From: Parachlamydiales bacterium
Lineage (GTDB): Bacteria; Chlamydiota; Chlamydiia; Chlamydiales; Parachlamydiaceae
Assembly: GCA_020051075.1 (NCBI GenBank)
Contig: JAGVJP010000064.1
Coordinates: forward strand, 1 to 36,583
Direction of reading: 5' to 3'
Length of the DNA stretch: 36,583 nucleotides
Below are positions 9,151 to 17,919 of this stretch, one piece after another. Positions within the stretch are counted from its first letter, which is position 1. Every line of letters begins with the position of its first letter. Below the pieces are notes generated by a model. The model saw nothing but the letters and a program-made list of their open reading frames with translations, was not told where the DNA came from and made no database searches. The position numbers and the translations under genes are program-made.

Positions 9151-9264
9151 CTGATTTCTCTTTGTTAAATGATTTTTGACAACAAGATATTATTAGATAT
9201 GGTCTTTTTGTGTAAATAAAAAACGATTGGGTAGAAAAACCCTCAAGAGGGAATTGCTGAGGTT

Positions 9265-9319
9265 TAAATGGACAGATATGGACAATGGACTAAATGGACA
9301 GATATGGACAGATATGGAC
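9265..9319. repeat. ATGGAC-family short-period tandem repeat
   Basis: TAAATGGAC/AGATATGGAC units; counterpart of 7715-7821. Confidence 0.85.
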
Positions 9320-9368
9320 TAAAAATTCAGGGAAATTGCATGAAGAATTTATTAATCCCTGAGTAACA

Positions 9369-9485
9369 CTCTATCCTGCCCTATCTTTCTTATCCTCCCC
9401 ATCCTGTTAATTTTACAGGATGATCGCTCCTCTTTGCGTCTTTGCGCCTCCTTTGCTCCTTTGCGTTAAAAAAGGGAGAGGCGTT
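9369..9485. repeat. Mosaic element: ATCCTG repeats + CTTTGCG repeats + shared terminal motif
   Basis: CATCCTGT-taatttt-ACAGGATG hairpin, TCTTTGCGTCTTTGCGCCTCCTTTGCTCCTTTGCG, then GTTAAAAAAGGGAGAGGCGT as at 1888-1907. Confidence 0.8.
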
Positions 9486-9608
9486 ACATCGTTACATCTC
9501 GTGTGGAATGCTATTGCAAATCGGGACGTTATCTACTATTCTATTTCCTCATTTGTTCATTTGCTCTCATTTGCATTTGATCGATTTTTTACCAGGATAT
9601 TGCCGTCC

Positions 9609-10559
9609 ATGAATCCATTACCGCACCAAGCTGTCTTAATCCATCCAGTGATTGAAGCCTTTCGAACAGTTCCGCTTACTTTAATGGTCGATGGGACGCT
9701 GGGTGCTGGCGGTCATGCGGCAGCGCTGCTTCAAGAACACCCTGAGATCGAACACTATCTCGGCATAGATCAAGATCCTGAGGCGCTGCACATTGCTGCG
9801 GAAAGGCTCCGTCCATGGGGCGCGAAAGTGATTTTGAAGCAAGGCAACTTCGCCGATTTCGACCAATTTATCAAGGAATTGTCTTTACCCCGCCCCAATG
9901 GAATCCTCCTCGATCTGGGGGTCTCGTCGATGCAGCTGGACCAAGCGCAACGAGGATTCAGTTTCATGCGGGAGGGGCCTCTCGACATGCGGATGAATCC
10001 TCTCGAGACATTGACAGCGCATTTCATTGTCAACAACTGGTCAGAGAAAGACCTCGGTCGGATCATACGGGATTATGGGGAGGAGAAACAGTGGAGGACT
10101 GCTGTGAGAGCGATTATGATGGCGAGAGAGCTCCATCCGATCGAGACGACAGTGGATTTGGCGACGATATTAAGCCAAGCTCTTGGAAGGTTTTCGAAGA
10201 AGGGGATTCATCCTGCAACGCTCGTCTTCCAAGCGCTCAGGATCTGCGTTAACCACGAGCTGGACGTTCTTGAACAGGGGTTGTCTAAAGCGATCGATTT
10301 GCTGCTTCCGCATGGGCGGCTCGCCGTGATCAGCTTCCACAGTCTTGAAGACCGCATCGTCAAAGAGAAGATGCAGCTTGCAGCGAGCGATAAATGGGAG
10401 ACGAGCGGACTTGGAGGTGGGTTGTTCAGGGATAAGAAACCCACAGCAAAGTTGGTTGTCAAAAAACCTCTCATCGCTTCCGAGCAGGAGAGCAATGTAA
10501 ATCCACGGAGCCGCAGTGCTAAGTTGCGGATCCTAGAAAAATTAGAAGAGACTGTTTGA
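9609..10559 (+). CDS. rsmH: 16S rRNA m4C1402 methyltransferase RsmH (MraW)
   Basis: DGTLGAGGHA, DLGVSSMQLD, GPLDMRM, ISFHSLEDR, NPRSRSAKLR; start moved to ATG 9609 because the longer ORF begins inside a repeat. Confidence 0.95.
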   Translation: MNPLPHQAVLIHPVIEAFRTVPLTLMVDGTLGAGGHAAALLQEHPEIEHYLGIDQDPEALHIAAERLRPWGAKVILKQGNFADFDQFIKELSLPRPNGILLDLGVSSMQLDQAQRGFSFMREGPLDMRMNPLETLTAHFIVNNWSEKDLGRIIRDYGEEKQWRTAVRAIMMARELHPIETTVDLATILSQALGRFSKKGIHPATLVFQALRICVNHELDVLEQGLSKAIDLLLPHGRLAVISFHSLEDRIVKEKMQLAASDKWETSGLGGGLFRDKKPTAKLVVKKPLIASEQESNVNPRSRSAKLRILEKLEETV

Positions 10560-10560
10560 G

Positions 10561-10854
10561 ATGGGATTGTTTGTGCGCTTGTTGATTTGTATCTCTTTCG
10601 CGGGGCTTCTTTTGTATAAATGGGTCGATAAGTTGAATGAATTGACAGAGTTGCGCTTATCGATTCCTGCTGTTGCAAAGGAGGTCAAAGAAATTCGCGA
10701 GAAGAATCTCGAGCTTCGCTTTGTGATTGAACAATTTGAGAATCCAGCACACCTCATTGAAATTGCGAGAAGGCCTGAGTATGGCCATTTAAAATACCCC
10801 CTTGCCAATCAGATTCTTCTTTTGCCAGAACACCCCCTTGATGAAGAGGGGTAA
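10561..10854 (+). CDS. ftsL: FtsL-like cell division protein (chlamydial CT271-like)
   Basis: One TM plus coiled coil ending E.P.HL..IA..PEY.HL.YP; located between rsmH and ftsI. Confidence 0.75.
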   Translation: MGLFVRLLICISFAGLLLYKWVDKLNELTELRLSIPAVAKEVKEIREKNLELRFVIEQFENPAHLIEIARRPEYGHLKYPLANQILLLPEHPLDEEG

Positions 10855-10861
10855 GCCATCC

Positions 10862-12883
10862 ATGATCACTACACCAGATAAAAAAAGACTGATCTGTGTC
10901 GCGCTGACGATATTCATTTTGTTTTCTTTTTTGATTGCACAGTTTTATCACGTCCAAATCATTGAAGGGGAGAAATGGGCGCAGAAAGCACAAAGGCAGC
11001 ATTTCTTTGTTGTCAAGGAACCGTTCATCCGCGGGGCGTTTTACTCCAACCCTTATATCAAAAAAGGGCATCCCGCTGAGCCCCAAAGCTTCATGATCGA
11101 TGTTCCCAAGTATCATCTGTATGCCGATCCGCTCTCGATCCCTTTTGAATATAAAAATGAAATTGCCGATTGGATTGTAGAAAAACTCGCTCTGAATTCA
11201 AATGATGCCATCCACTTGCTTGAGCAAATGCAGAAGAAAAGTCACAGCCGGAAGTTGGCACTGTGGATTGGCCAAGAAGACCATCAAGAGCTCTTGCAGT
11301 GGTGGAAGCTCTATGCCAAGAAGCGGAAGATCCCCCGCAATGCTCTTTTTTTTATTAAGGACTACCAACGCTCTTATCCTTTTGGGAAGATGTTAGGACA
11401 GGTACTGCATACGATTCAGATGCAAAAAGACGAGTTCACCAATCAGGCACTGCCGACAGGAGGGCTAGAGCTTTATTTTAATGAATACCTCAAAGGTAAG
11501 CAGGGGAAAAGACGCCTCATGCGTTCTCCGCTTAACTCTTTGGAGATCGGCGAGGTCATTGCATATCCTGAACATGGAGCTGACATCTATCTGACAATCA
11601 ATACGACACTTCAGGCCATTGCTGAAGAAGAGATTGAAAAGGGAGTCAAGAGAACCAAAGCCAAGGGGGGGTGGGCAGTGATGATGGATCCCTACACAGG
11701 GGAGATCCTTGCCCTAGCCCAATACCCATTTTTCTATCTGGATGATTATCAACGCTATTTTAATGACCCCGAGTTAATTGAACACACCAAAGTCAAAGCC
11801 GTCACTGATGCCAACGAACCAGGGTCGGTGCTTAAGCCTTTCACCGTAGCTTTAGCCTTGAAAGCGAATAAAATTCTGAAAGAGCGGGGAGAAAAAGAGC
11901 TGTTCACACCCGAAGAAAAAATTGCCACAAGCAGCGGCAGATTTCCCGGTCGGACGAAACCCATCACAGATACAAGCCTGCATTATTATCTAAACATGGA
12001 TATGGCCATGCAAAAGTCTTCGAATATCTATATGGCTCGGCTTGCGGAGAGGATGGTCTCCCGCCTTGGCAATGACTGGTATCGGCGCCAGCTCCAGCTT
12101 TTTGGTTTCGGTCTTAAAACCTTTGTCGAATTGCCGGCGGAGAGCAGCGGCGTTCTTCCAACACCTGGGAAGCTTCATCCTAATGGTGCGTTAGAGTGGT
12201 CTGTCCCGACACCCTTTTCACTCGCTTTCGGTCATAACTTGCAAGTCAATACCATTCAGATGGTAAGAGCCTATTCTGTTTTAGCAAATGGAGGATTCCT
12301 TGTTCAGCCGACGCTGATTCGGAAGATTGTGAAGAAAACCCCCAATGGTGAAGAGGTCGTCATCGTCGATTACACATCGGAAGAGCGGAGGAAGCAGTTC
12401 CCTCGAATTTTCGATCAAGACATTATCGATCGCGTTCTGCGGTCGATGCGTTATGTGACGAAGCCTGGCGGGACAGCAACAAGGGCTGATGTTCCAGGCT
12501 ATACTGAGGTTGGAAAGACCAGTACTCCAAAAAAAATCGTTAACGGCCGTTACTCAGAACGGCTTTATTGCCCGCTCTTCACCGGATTTTGCCCAGTGAA
12601 CCGCCCCTCTTTCGTCATGGCTGTTGTCATCGATGAACCTGAATATGGCTTTGTCCAAGGGCTCGGTAAAGTTCATAATGGCGGGAACTGCACAGGAATC
12701 GTATTCCGGGAAATCGCGAAACGTTCCTTAGAGTATCTAGGAATAACCCCTGATGACCCCCATGGCTATCCCTATGGCGATCCAAGATATGATTCGAATA
12801 AAGTTGAATGGATGGCTGAAACGAGGAAGTTGCAAGAAATGTATAATACATGGAATAAAGGACAAGAGATCAGCAAAAAATGA
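10862..12883 (+). CDS. ftsI: Class B penicillin-binding protein PBP3/FtsI
   Basis: N-terminal TM, RSYPFG, GGLE..FN.YL.G, EPGSVLK (SxxK), KSSN (SxN), KTS at the KTG position; start taken at MITTPD. Confidence 0.93.
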   Translation: MITTPDKKRLICVALTIFILFSFLIAQFYHVQIIEGEKWAQKAQRQHFFVVKEPFIRGAFYSNPYIKKGHPAEPQSFMIDVPKYHLYADPLSIPFEYKNEIADWIVEKLALNSNDAIHLLEQMQKKSHSRKLALWIGQEDHQELLQWWKLYAKKRKIPRNALFFIKDYQRSYPFGKMLGQVLHTIQMQKDEFTNQALPTGGLELYFNEYLKGKQGKRRLMRSPLNSLEIGEVIAYPEHGADIYLTINTTLQAIAEEEIEKGVKRTKAKGGWAVMMDPYTGEILALAQYPFFYLDDYQRYFNDPELIEHTKVKAVTDANEPGSVLKPFTVALALKANKILKERGEKELFTPEEKIATSSGRFPGRTKPITDTSLHYYLNMDMAMQKSSNIYMARLAERMVSRLGNDWYRRQLQLFGFGLKTFVELPAESSGVLPTPGKLHPNGALEWSVPTPFSLAFGHNLQVNTIQMVRAYSVLANGGFLVQPTLIRKIVKKTPNGEEVVIVDYTSEERRKQFPRIFDQDIIDRVLRSMRYVTKPGGTATRADVPGYTEVGKTSTPKKIVNGRYSERLYCPLFTGFCPVNRPSFVMAVVIDEPEYGFVQGLGKVHNGGNCTGIVFREIAKRSLEYLGITPDDPHGYPYGDPRYDSNKVEWMAETRKLQEMYNTWNKGQEISKK

Positions 12884-12901
12884 CTCAATTAAGAGGAAAG
12901 T

Positions 12902-14413
12902 TTGAAAATCATGAAGCTTGAACAACTGTTAAAAGACATTCCAGAAATCCATCTGATTGGACGTCAAGATCTTGCGATCACAGGGATCAGCTCGAACTCA
13001 AAACGGATCATCCCAGGAAGCCTCTTCATTGCCAAGAAGGGAAAGAGGTGTGATGGCGCCTCTTTTGTCACAGAAGCGGTTCATTCCGGTGCTGTCGCCC
13101 TCGTCGTGGAAAGTTATCATCCGGCCTTTAAAGACGTTGCTCAACTCATCCATCCCAATCCTGCTGGGATAGAGGGGTTTTTGTCTGCTGCATTTTACTC
13201 TTATCCCTCTGACAAGCTGTTTTTGATTGGTATCACAGGGACTAATGGGAAGACAACAACTTCATACTTGCTCAAAAACCTCCTCGATCAGATCCGAGGT
13301 CCTTGCGGACTGATAGGCACTGTTGAATATCAGACTGGGCTTCAACGCTATCCTGCAACTTTGACCACACCTGACGTAATTGCAAATCAGCAGATGCTGA
13401 GTGAAATGGTTGACTTTGGGTGTCGTTCGGCAGTCATGGAGGTCACATCCATCGGCATAGACCAAGGGCGCGTTGACGCGATCGATTTCGATATCGCGTT
13501 ATTCACCAATTTAACACAAGATCATCTCGATTATCACCAGACGATGGAAGCCTATTGTTCTTCTAAAAATCAGCTTTTCCGCAGTTTGGGAAACCATCGA
13601 CAGGCAAAGGCAGGGCCTAAATGGGCGATTGTCAATCAAGATAGTTCCTGGGTATCTAACATTGTCGAGGGATGTTCTGCCGCTATTTTAACCTATGGCA
13701 TCGACACTAAAGCCGATCTCACCGCTTCCGACATTCATGTGCGGCAGGGAGGAACGTTTGCCAAAGTGTCTTATCGAGGAGAAAGTTTAGATTTTGTCTG
13801 GCCTATGATTGGACGATTTAACGTCTATAATTGCCTGGCTGCGATCGCTGTCCTCTTGACGTGCGGATTGCCCCTCAATGCCATCGTCCCCTTGATGCAG
13901 GGGCTCTCTCCTGTGAAAGGGCGTTTAGAACCCATTCAAAACACCCTCGGTCTCAATGTCTACGTCGACTTTGCTCATACTGACGATGCGCTGCGCAATG
14001 TCCTGCAGACGATTAGACAAGTTCACCCTGAGGGGAGGCTCATCGTCGTCTTTGGATGTGGAGGCGACCGCGATCATGACAAGCGGCCAAAGATGGCAAG
14101 AGCGTGCGAGGAATATGCCGACCTCTGCATTTTGACATCCGATAATCCCCGTTCTGAAGATCCGATGAAAATTTGCTGTGAAGCTATTCAAGGGTTTAGC
14201 AAACAGGGAAGTTATCAGGTTGAAGTCGACCGCCGCCGGGCGATTCAATCAGCTCTTGGGCAGGCAGTGTCAGGAGATGCGATCCTCATTGCTGGAAGAG
14301 GTCATGAAAAAGCACAGATTTTCGCTCATGGATCGATAGATTTCGATGACAGCGAGGTTACAGCCGAAATATGTAAACAAATGATGAAGAAAGGGAATGT
14401 ATGCTCCGTCTGA
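12902..14413 (+). CDS. murE: UDP-MurNAc-tripeptide (meso-DAP) ligase MurE
   Basis: GITGTNGKTT, TNLTQDHLDYH, DFAHT, FGCGGDRD, DNPR meso-DAP motif; start TTG 12902 or ATG 12911. Confidence 0.95.
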   Translation: MKIMKLEQLLKDIPEIHLIGRQDLAITGISSNSKRIIPGSLFIAKKGKRCDGASFVTEAVHSGAVALVVESYHPAFKDVAQLIHPNPAGIEGFLSAAFYSYPSDKLFLIGITGTNGKTTTSYLLKNLLDQIRGPCGLIGTVEYQTGLQRYPATLTTPDVIANQQMLSEMVDFGCRSAVMEVTSIGIDQGRVDAIDFDIALFTNLTQDHLDYHQTMEAYCSSKNQLFRSLGNHRQAKAGPKWAIVNQDSSWVSNIVEGCSAAILTYGIDTKADLTASDIHVRQGGTFAKVSYRGESLDFVWPMIGRFNVYNCLAAIAVLLTCGLPLNAIVPLMQGLSPVKGRLEPIQNTLGLNVYVDFAHTDDALRNVLQTIRQVHPEGRLIVVFGCGGDRDHDKRPKMARACEEYADLCILTSDNPRSEDPMKICCEAIQGFSKQGSYQVEVDRRRAIQSALGQAVSGDAILIAGRGHEKAQIFAHGSIDFDDSEVTAEICKQMMKKGNVCSV

Positions 14414-15123
14414 TGATGTCTTTAATTCTGCTATGTTCTTTTGGAGGGTCACCTGTATTGGCCCAGACGGCGTTCAGACCTCCTCTTCCTTTGGATAAAT
14501 CTTCAATCGGGAAGACTCAAGCCCGGCCGAAGGTCAACATCCCTTTGATTGTCCATAAGGGGTTGGTTGTGATCGATCCTGGCCATGGTGGAAGCGATGT
14601 GGGGACACAGTCCGTTTCTGAGCCGCGCTATCTGGAGAAATCATTGAATTTGGTCACAGCGCAATTTGTTCGCAGCTATCTTCAGCAGTTAGGGTATGAA
14701 GTTTTTATGACACGACAAAGCGATGTCTTCATTTCATTAGAGAAGAGGGCGGAACTCGCAAACGAAAAAAAGCCTGCTTTATTCGTCAGCATCCATTACA
14801 ACTCTGCTCCTAGTGCGCAAGCGCATGGGGTCGAAGTCTTTTTCTATCATTCTTCTGACAATAAGCATAGGATGATCAAATCGAAGAAGCTGGCTCAAGT
14901 TGTCCTTAAACACATCCTTGCCGAGACGGAAGCAAAGTCGCGTGGGGTTAAACAGGCAAACTATGCTGTCATCAGGCTGACGAAGATGCCAGCTATTTTA
15001 GTGGAAGGGGGCTTTGTCACCAACGATGCCGAACTGCAAAAGCTCAAAAACCCGGACTATCTGAAGAAGATTGCCTGGGGAATCTCCCAGGGGATCAACG
15101 AATACCTTTCTCCTCAAGGTTAA
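14401..15123 (+). CDS. amiA: N-acetylmuramoyl-L-alanine amidase
   Basis: Signal peptide, IDPGHGG.D.G, EK.LNL, FVSIHYN, PAILVE.GF. Confidence 0.92.
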   Translation: MLRLMMSLILLCSFGGSPVLAQTAFRPPLPLDKSSIGKTQARPKVNIPLIVHKGLVVIDPGHGGSDVGTQSVSEPRYLEKSLNLVTAQFVRSYLQQLGYEVFMTRQSDVFISLEKRAELANEKKPALFVSIHYNSAPSAQAHGVEVFFYHSSDNKHRMIKSKKLAQVVLKHILAETEAKSRGVKQANYAVIRLTKMPAILVEGGFVTNDAELQKLKNPDYLKKIAWGISQGINEYLSPQG

Positions 15124-15138
15124 TCAAGGAAGTTGAAT

Positions 15139-15471
15139 ATGGCTAAGAGAAAGCCGAATCATCCGGGACAAATATTAGATGAGCTTTATATCAAGCCTCT
15201 CAATCTAAATTTGCAAGCATTAGCTGACAACCTTGGAATATCTAGAAATACGCTCTTTAAAATTCGGATAGGCAAAATGGGAGTTACACCTAGCATTGCC
15301 CTGCGTTTAGCGGCAGCCTTTGATACAAGACCTAATTTGTGGTTAAACCTTCAGCAAAAGTTTGATCTATGGATAGAAGAAAATGAGAAACCACTTCCAG
15401 TTGTTCAACCACTTTATCACACTTCAGTCAGAAAGATTCATCGAAAAAGAAGAGGCATGAACACACATTGA
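15139..15471 (+). CDS. higA: HigA-family HTH antitoxin, no adjacent toxin
   Basis: HPGQIL, HTH (LADNLGISRNTL), ALRLAAAF.T....WLNLQ..FDL; start ATG 15139 or TTG 15133. Confidence 0.85.
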   Translation: MAKRKPNHPGQILDELYIKPLNLNLQALADNLGISRNTLFKIRIGKMGVTPSIALRLAAAFDTRPNLWLNLQQKFDLWIEENEKPLPVVQPLYHTSVRKIHRKRRGMNTH

Positions 15472-15502
15472 AAAAAAATCCCTGCCCGAGGTAGACAGGG
15501 AT
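15472..15502 (-). terminator. Intrinsic terminator for the beta-barrel gene
   Basis: Minus strand ATCCCTGTCT-acctc-GGGCAGGGAT followed by a T-run. Confidence 0.7.
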
Positions 15503-15521
15503 GGATGTTGATTGACGTATT

Positions 15522-16133
15522 TTAGAAATAACGGGTTAGAGCAAGTCCGCACTTATTGTTTTTGAATGTGTTGGCTTGGAATAAGCGGTATTCCAACGAA
15601 AGTTCTGTTTTTTGGCAAATAGGATAGCTGATTCCAGCAATTGCTTGGCATGCTACCACATCTTGCTTAATTGTCGTTGTGCATTTCGTACTCCACGCAA
15701 AATCATAACCTTTCCCATTTCCCTTTCCTTGTACTCTTGCATATCCTAGACCCATTCCAAGGTAGGGTTTAAAGGGGAAATTAATCATGTCGAAATCGTA
15801 AAACACATTCGCTATACACGTAAAAATATTGTTATAACCTTTTGTGCTGTATAACCGAAATGGTTCGGTGTATGAACGATCGAAATGATGTCGTTGGTAT
15901 GAAAATTCTCCTTCAATGCTGATAGAATTATGGAATTTATATCCAGCTGCAGAACCGATGTAGAATCCTGGACGAGTTTTGAAATTATTTAATCGACTAT
16001 TATCGAAGAGAGTTCCCCCTGAGAGATTGATATAGAGGCCGCGATTTGTCAAATCTTCGCAAGTGTCAGCAATGCAAAAATTTGTCAATGAACTATATAG
16101 AAGTAATGACAACAATATAAGAGTTTTTTTCAT
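15522..16133 (-). CDS. 8-stranded outer-membrane beta-barrel protein (OmpA-TM/Opa-like)
   Basis: Signal peptide MKKTLILL, GLYI, GYKF...IEGEFSY, ANVFYDF, KPYLGMGLGY, QAIAGISY, LSLEYR, C-terminal Phe. Confidence 0.85.
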   Translation of the reverse strand: MKKTLILLSLLLYSSLTNFCIADTCEDLTNRGLYINLSGGTLFDNSRLNNFKTRPGFYIGSAAGYKFHNSISIEGEFSYQRHHFDRSYTEPFRLYSTKGYNNIFTCIANVFYDFDMINFPFKPYLGMGLGYARVQGKGNGKGYDFAWSTKCTTTIKQDVVACQAIAGISYPICQKTELSLEYRLFQANTFKNNKCGLALTRYF

Positions 16134-16397
16134 AAACCACCTTATGTAAAAGTTAGATTTGCTTTTCACAAACATAAACATTTATTTATGTTTAAATCGA
16201 TTTTCTTTCCGAATAGCTGATGAATTCGAAAAGACGATAAACGCTATCTTATCTCACGATTTAGTGGAATACGAATAAAAAATTGATTGTAATATCTTGT
16301 TGGTCAATATCTTATGATGAATTTTTCGAACAGAACTGATAAAAGGTGTGAACCACCCATAACGATGTGCCGCCCTTACAAGTCTCATAAATAGGTG

Positions 16398-16703
16398 TGA
16401 ACTGCCCCCAGGCGAGTGTGGCTACTTTTGGCGAGAATTTTTCAGGTGAAGGGAAGGGCCAAAGCGCCTGAATTAATCCTGCCGCGCTGTCGCCCAGCAC
16501 TGACCGTTGACAACTCACAGGTACTTGCCAACACTGTTCGTAGAAAAAGCGGAAGCCCTCTTCCGCTTTTTCGCCAGAGGTTGTTGCTCAGAATCTGTGA
16601 GATGAAAAACGTCAGTTCTGGGCGACAGCGATGTTGTTACATTTATGTTAGCTTAACGCGTATAAAGCCTTCTTTCGTTTTCTTAAGTTTTAAGGGGCAG
16701 TCA
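16398..16703. mobile_element. 306-bp non-autonomous element with IS3-like ends and nested inverted repeats
   Basis: Ends TGAACTGCCCC ... GGGGCAGTCA; inner IR 16485-16504/16611-16630 (19/20); CTCACAG/CTGTGAG at 16514/16595; GAAAAAGCGGAAG-ccct-CTTCCGCTTTTTC core; no transposase or target duplication seen. Confidence 0.6.
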
Positions 16704-16849
16704 AATTATTCTTCGTATTTCCTTAAATCATGACATAAGATAGTGTTTATCGTTTTTCCGATCCTTTGTGGTGGAAAAGAAAACACAGGATAGGTAACGC
16801 TACCAAGCCTGTGTAAATAGGAATGATCAATTGAAAAAGGAAAAATTTT

Positions 16850-17515
16850 ATGAGAAATAAATTTTCGCTCATCTTCGTCTCTATTCTTGGAATATTCGTG
16901 CATGGTATGATTTATGCAGATACCCATGTAAATTCTAATCCTCCTGAAACCATTGTGATGACAATATCAAACGATGACAATTTGCACTGGAAAGAAATTA
17001 GTAGAGTTATCACTGATGAGGAATGTCTAGTTGAACGTATTCCTCACGACCAAGATGAGAAAAATTGGTCTGAACTGATCACAATACAATATTTTAGCAA
17101 AGCAGTGATAAATAAAGAAATAAGAGACTCGATAGAGCGCGTTGTCAATCAATTAAAAAACGTTACTTTAGCTCGATATCCAAAAGATACCGTTGTCTGG
17201 AGAGTCATTGAAAAAAATAAAGATGATGTGCTCTTCGAATGGATTCTGACTAAGCCTTATAAAAACAGCCGGCCACAGCATGAGATTTGTCGGGCCTTTC
17301 TCACTCCTACTTCTTTCCATCGCATTGGCGTGACCAAGAAATATAAAGAAATGAATCAAGAAGAAAGGAATCAATGGATTAAAGCACTTCGAGAATCTAC
17401 TGAGATCATTTCTTTTGAGGCAGCGCTTCATTTTCCTCAAGGATTGTCATTAGCCGAGACAAACCCTGGTAGAGCAAAGTATTGGCAAAACCAATCTGTC
17501 AATCAGAAAAAGTAA
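16850..17515 (+). CDS. Secreted hypothetical protein
   Basis: Signal-peptide-like N-terminus, 221-aa ORF, AAGGA RBS. Confidence 0.75.
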   Translation: MRNKFSLIFVSILGIFVHGMIYADTHVNSNPPETIVMTISNDDNLHWKEISRVITDEECLVERIPHDQDEKNWSELITIQYFSKAVINKEIRDSIERVVNQLKNVTLARYPKDTVVWRVIEKNKDDVLFEWILTKPYKNSRPQHEICRAFLTPTSFHRIGVTKKYKEMNQEERNQWIKALRESTEIISFEAALHFPQGLSLAETNPGRAKYWQNQSVNQKK

Positions 17516-17526
17516 GAAGGATTTTC

Positions 17527-17649
17527 AATGGACTAGATGGACAGTATGGACAGTACGATGGATGGAACATGCATATGCATCAGGCTGTTTGTCCACCTAG
17601 TCCATAACGTCCATATTGTCCATCTAGTCCATTCCCGTCCATAACGTCC
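17527..17649. repeat. ATGGAC-family palindromic element abutting the tRNA 3' end
   Basis: 25-bp IR 17527-17551/17609-17633 (24/25); GTCCATAACGTCC repeated at 17600 and 17637. Confidence 0.85.
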
Positions 17650-17718
17650 TCGGCGCGACTCGAACGCGCGGCCTGTTGCTTAGGAGGCAACCGCTCTATC
17701 CACCTGAGCTACGAGAAC
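17645..17718 (-). tRNA. tRNA-Arg(CCT), CCA not encoded
   Basis: GTTCTCG-TAGCTCAGGTGGATAGAGC-GGTTGC-CT-CCT-AA-GCAAC-AGGCC-GCGCGTTCGAGTCGCGC-CGAGGAC-G cloverleaf. Confidence 0.95.
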
Positions 17719-17919
17719 AAAACCCATGGAGATTCTAATGCATCATTCTCTTTTTTACAAGAGAGCTCTTTCGGTGTACTTGGAGGCTGTTAGTGATGGC
17801 GGCATCTTATCAAAATCCAGTTGATGAGAATCAGAGAGATAATATAGAATGTTTCCTCTTAATAAGTTGTAGAATGATTGGTTTGATTCAAATAAAAAAT
17901 TAATTAAGCGAAACGAAAT

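Larger units (their letters stand above)
6826..9378. repeat. Diverged tandem duplication: copy A 6826-7880, copy B 7881-9378
   Basis: 6826-6998 matches 7881-8053; paralogous genes; 7660-7880 matches 9211-9378; junction CTCTATCCTG|TGAGTAATTT at 7880/7881. Confidence 0.9.

Noticed and set aside
9420..9608. N-terminal extension of RsmH
   Set aside because: It starts inside a repeat element (LCVFAPPLL); RsmH similarity begins at ATG 9609.
16320..16703. tmRNA, RNase P or 6S RNA
   Set aside because: No tRNA-like ends, tag ORF or RNase P P4 motif. The structure is nested inverted repeats, one layer of which recurs at 36430.
15472..17650. Integrative element with att sites at tRNA-Arg
   Set aside because: No integrase, and no distal copy of the tRNA 3' end was found.
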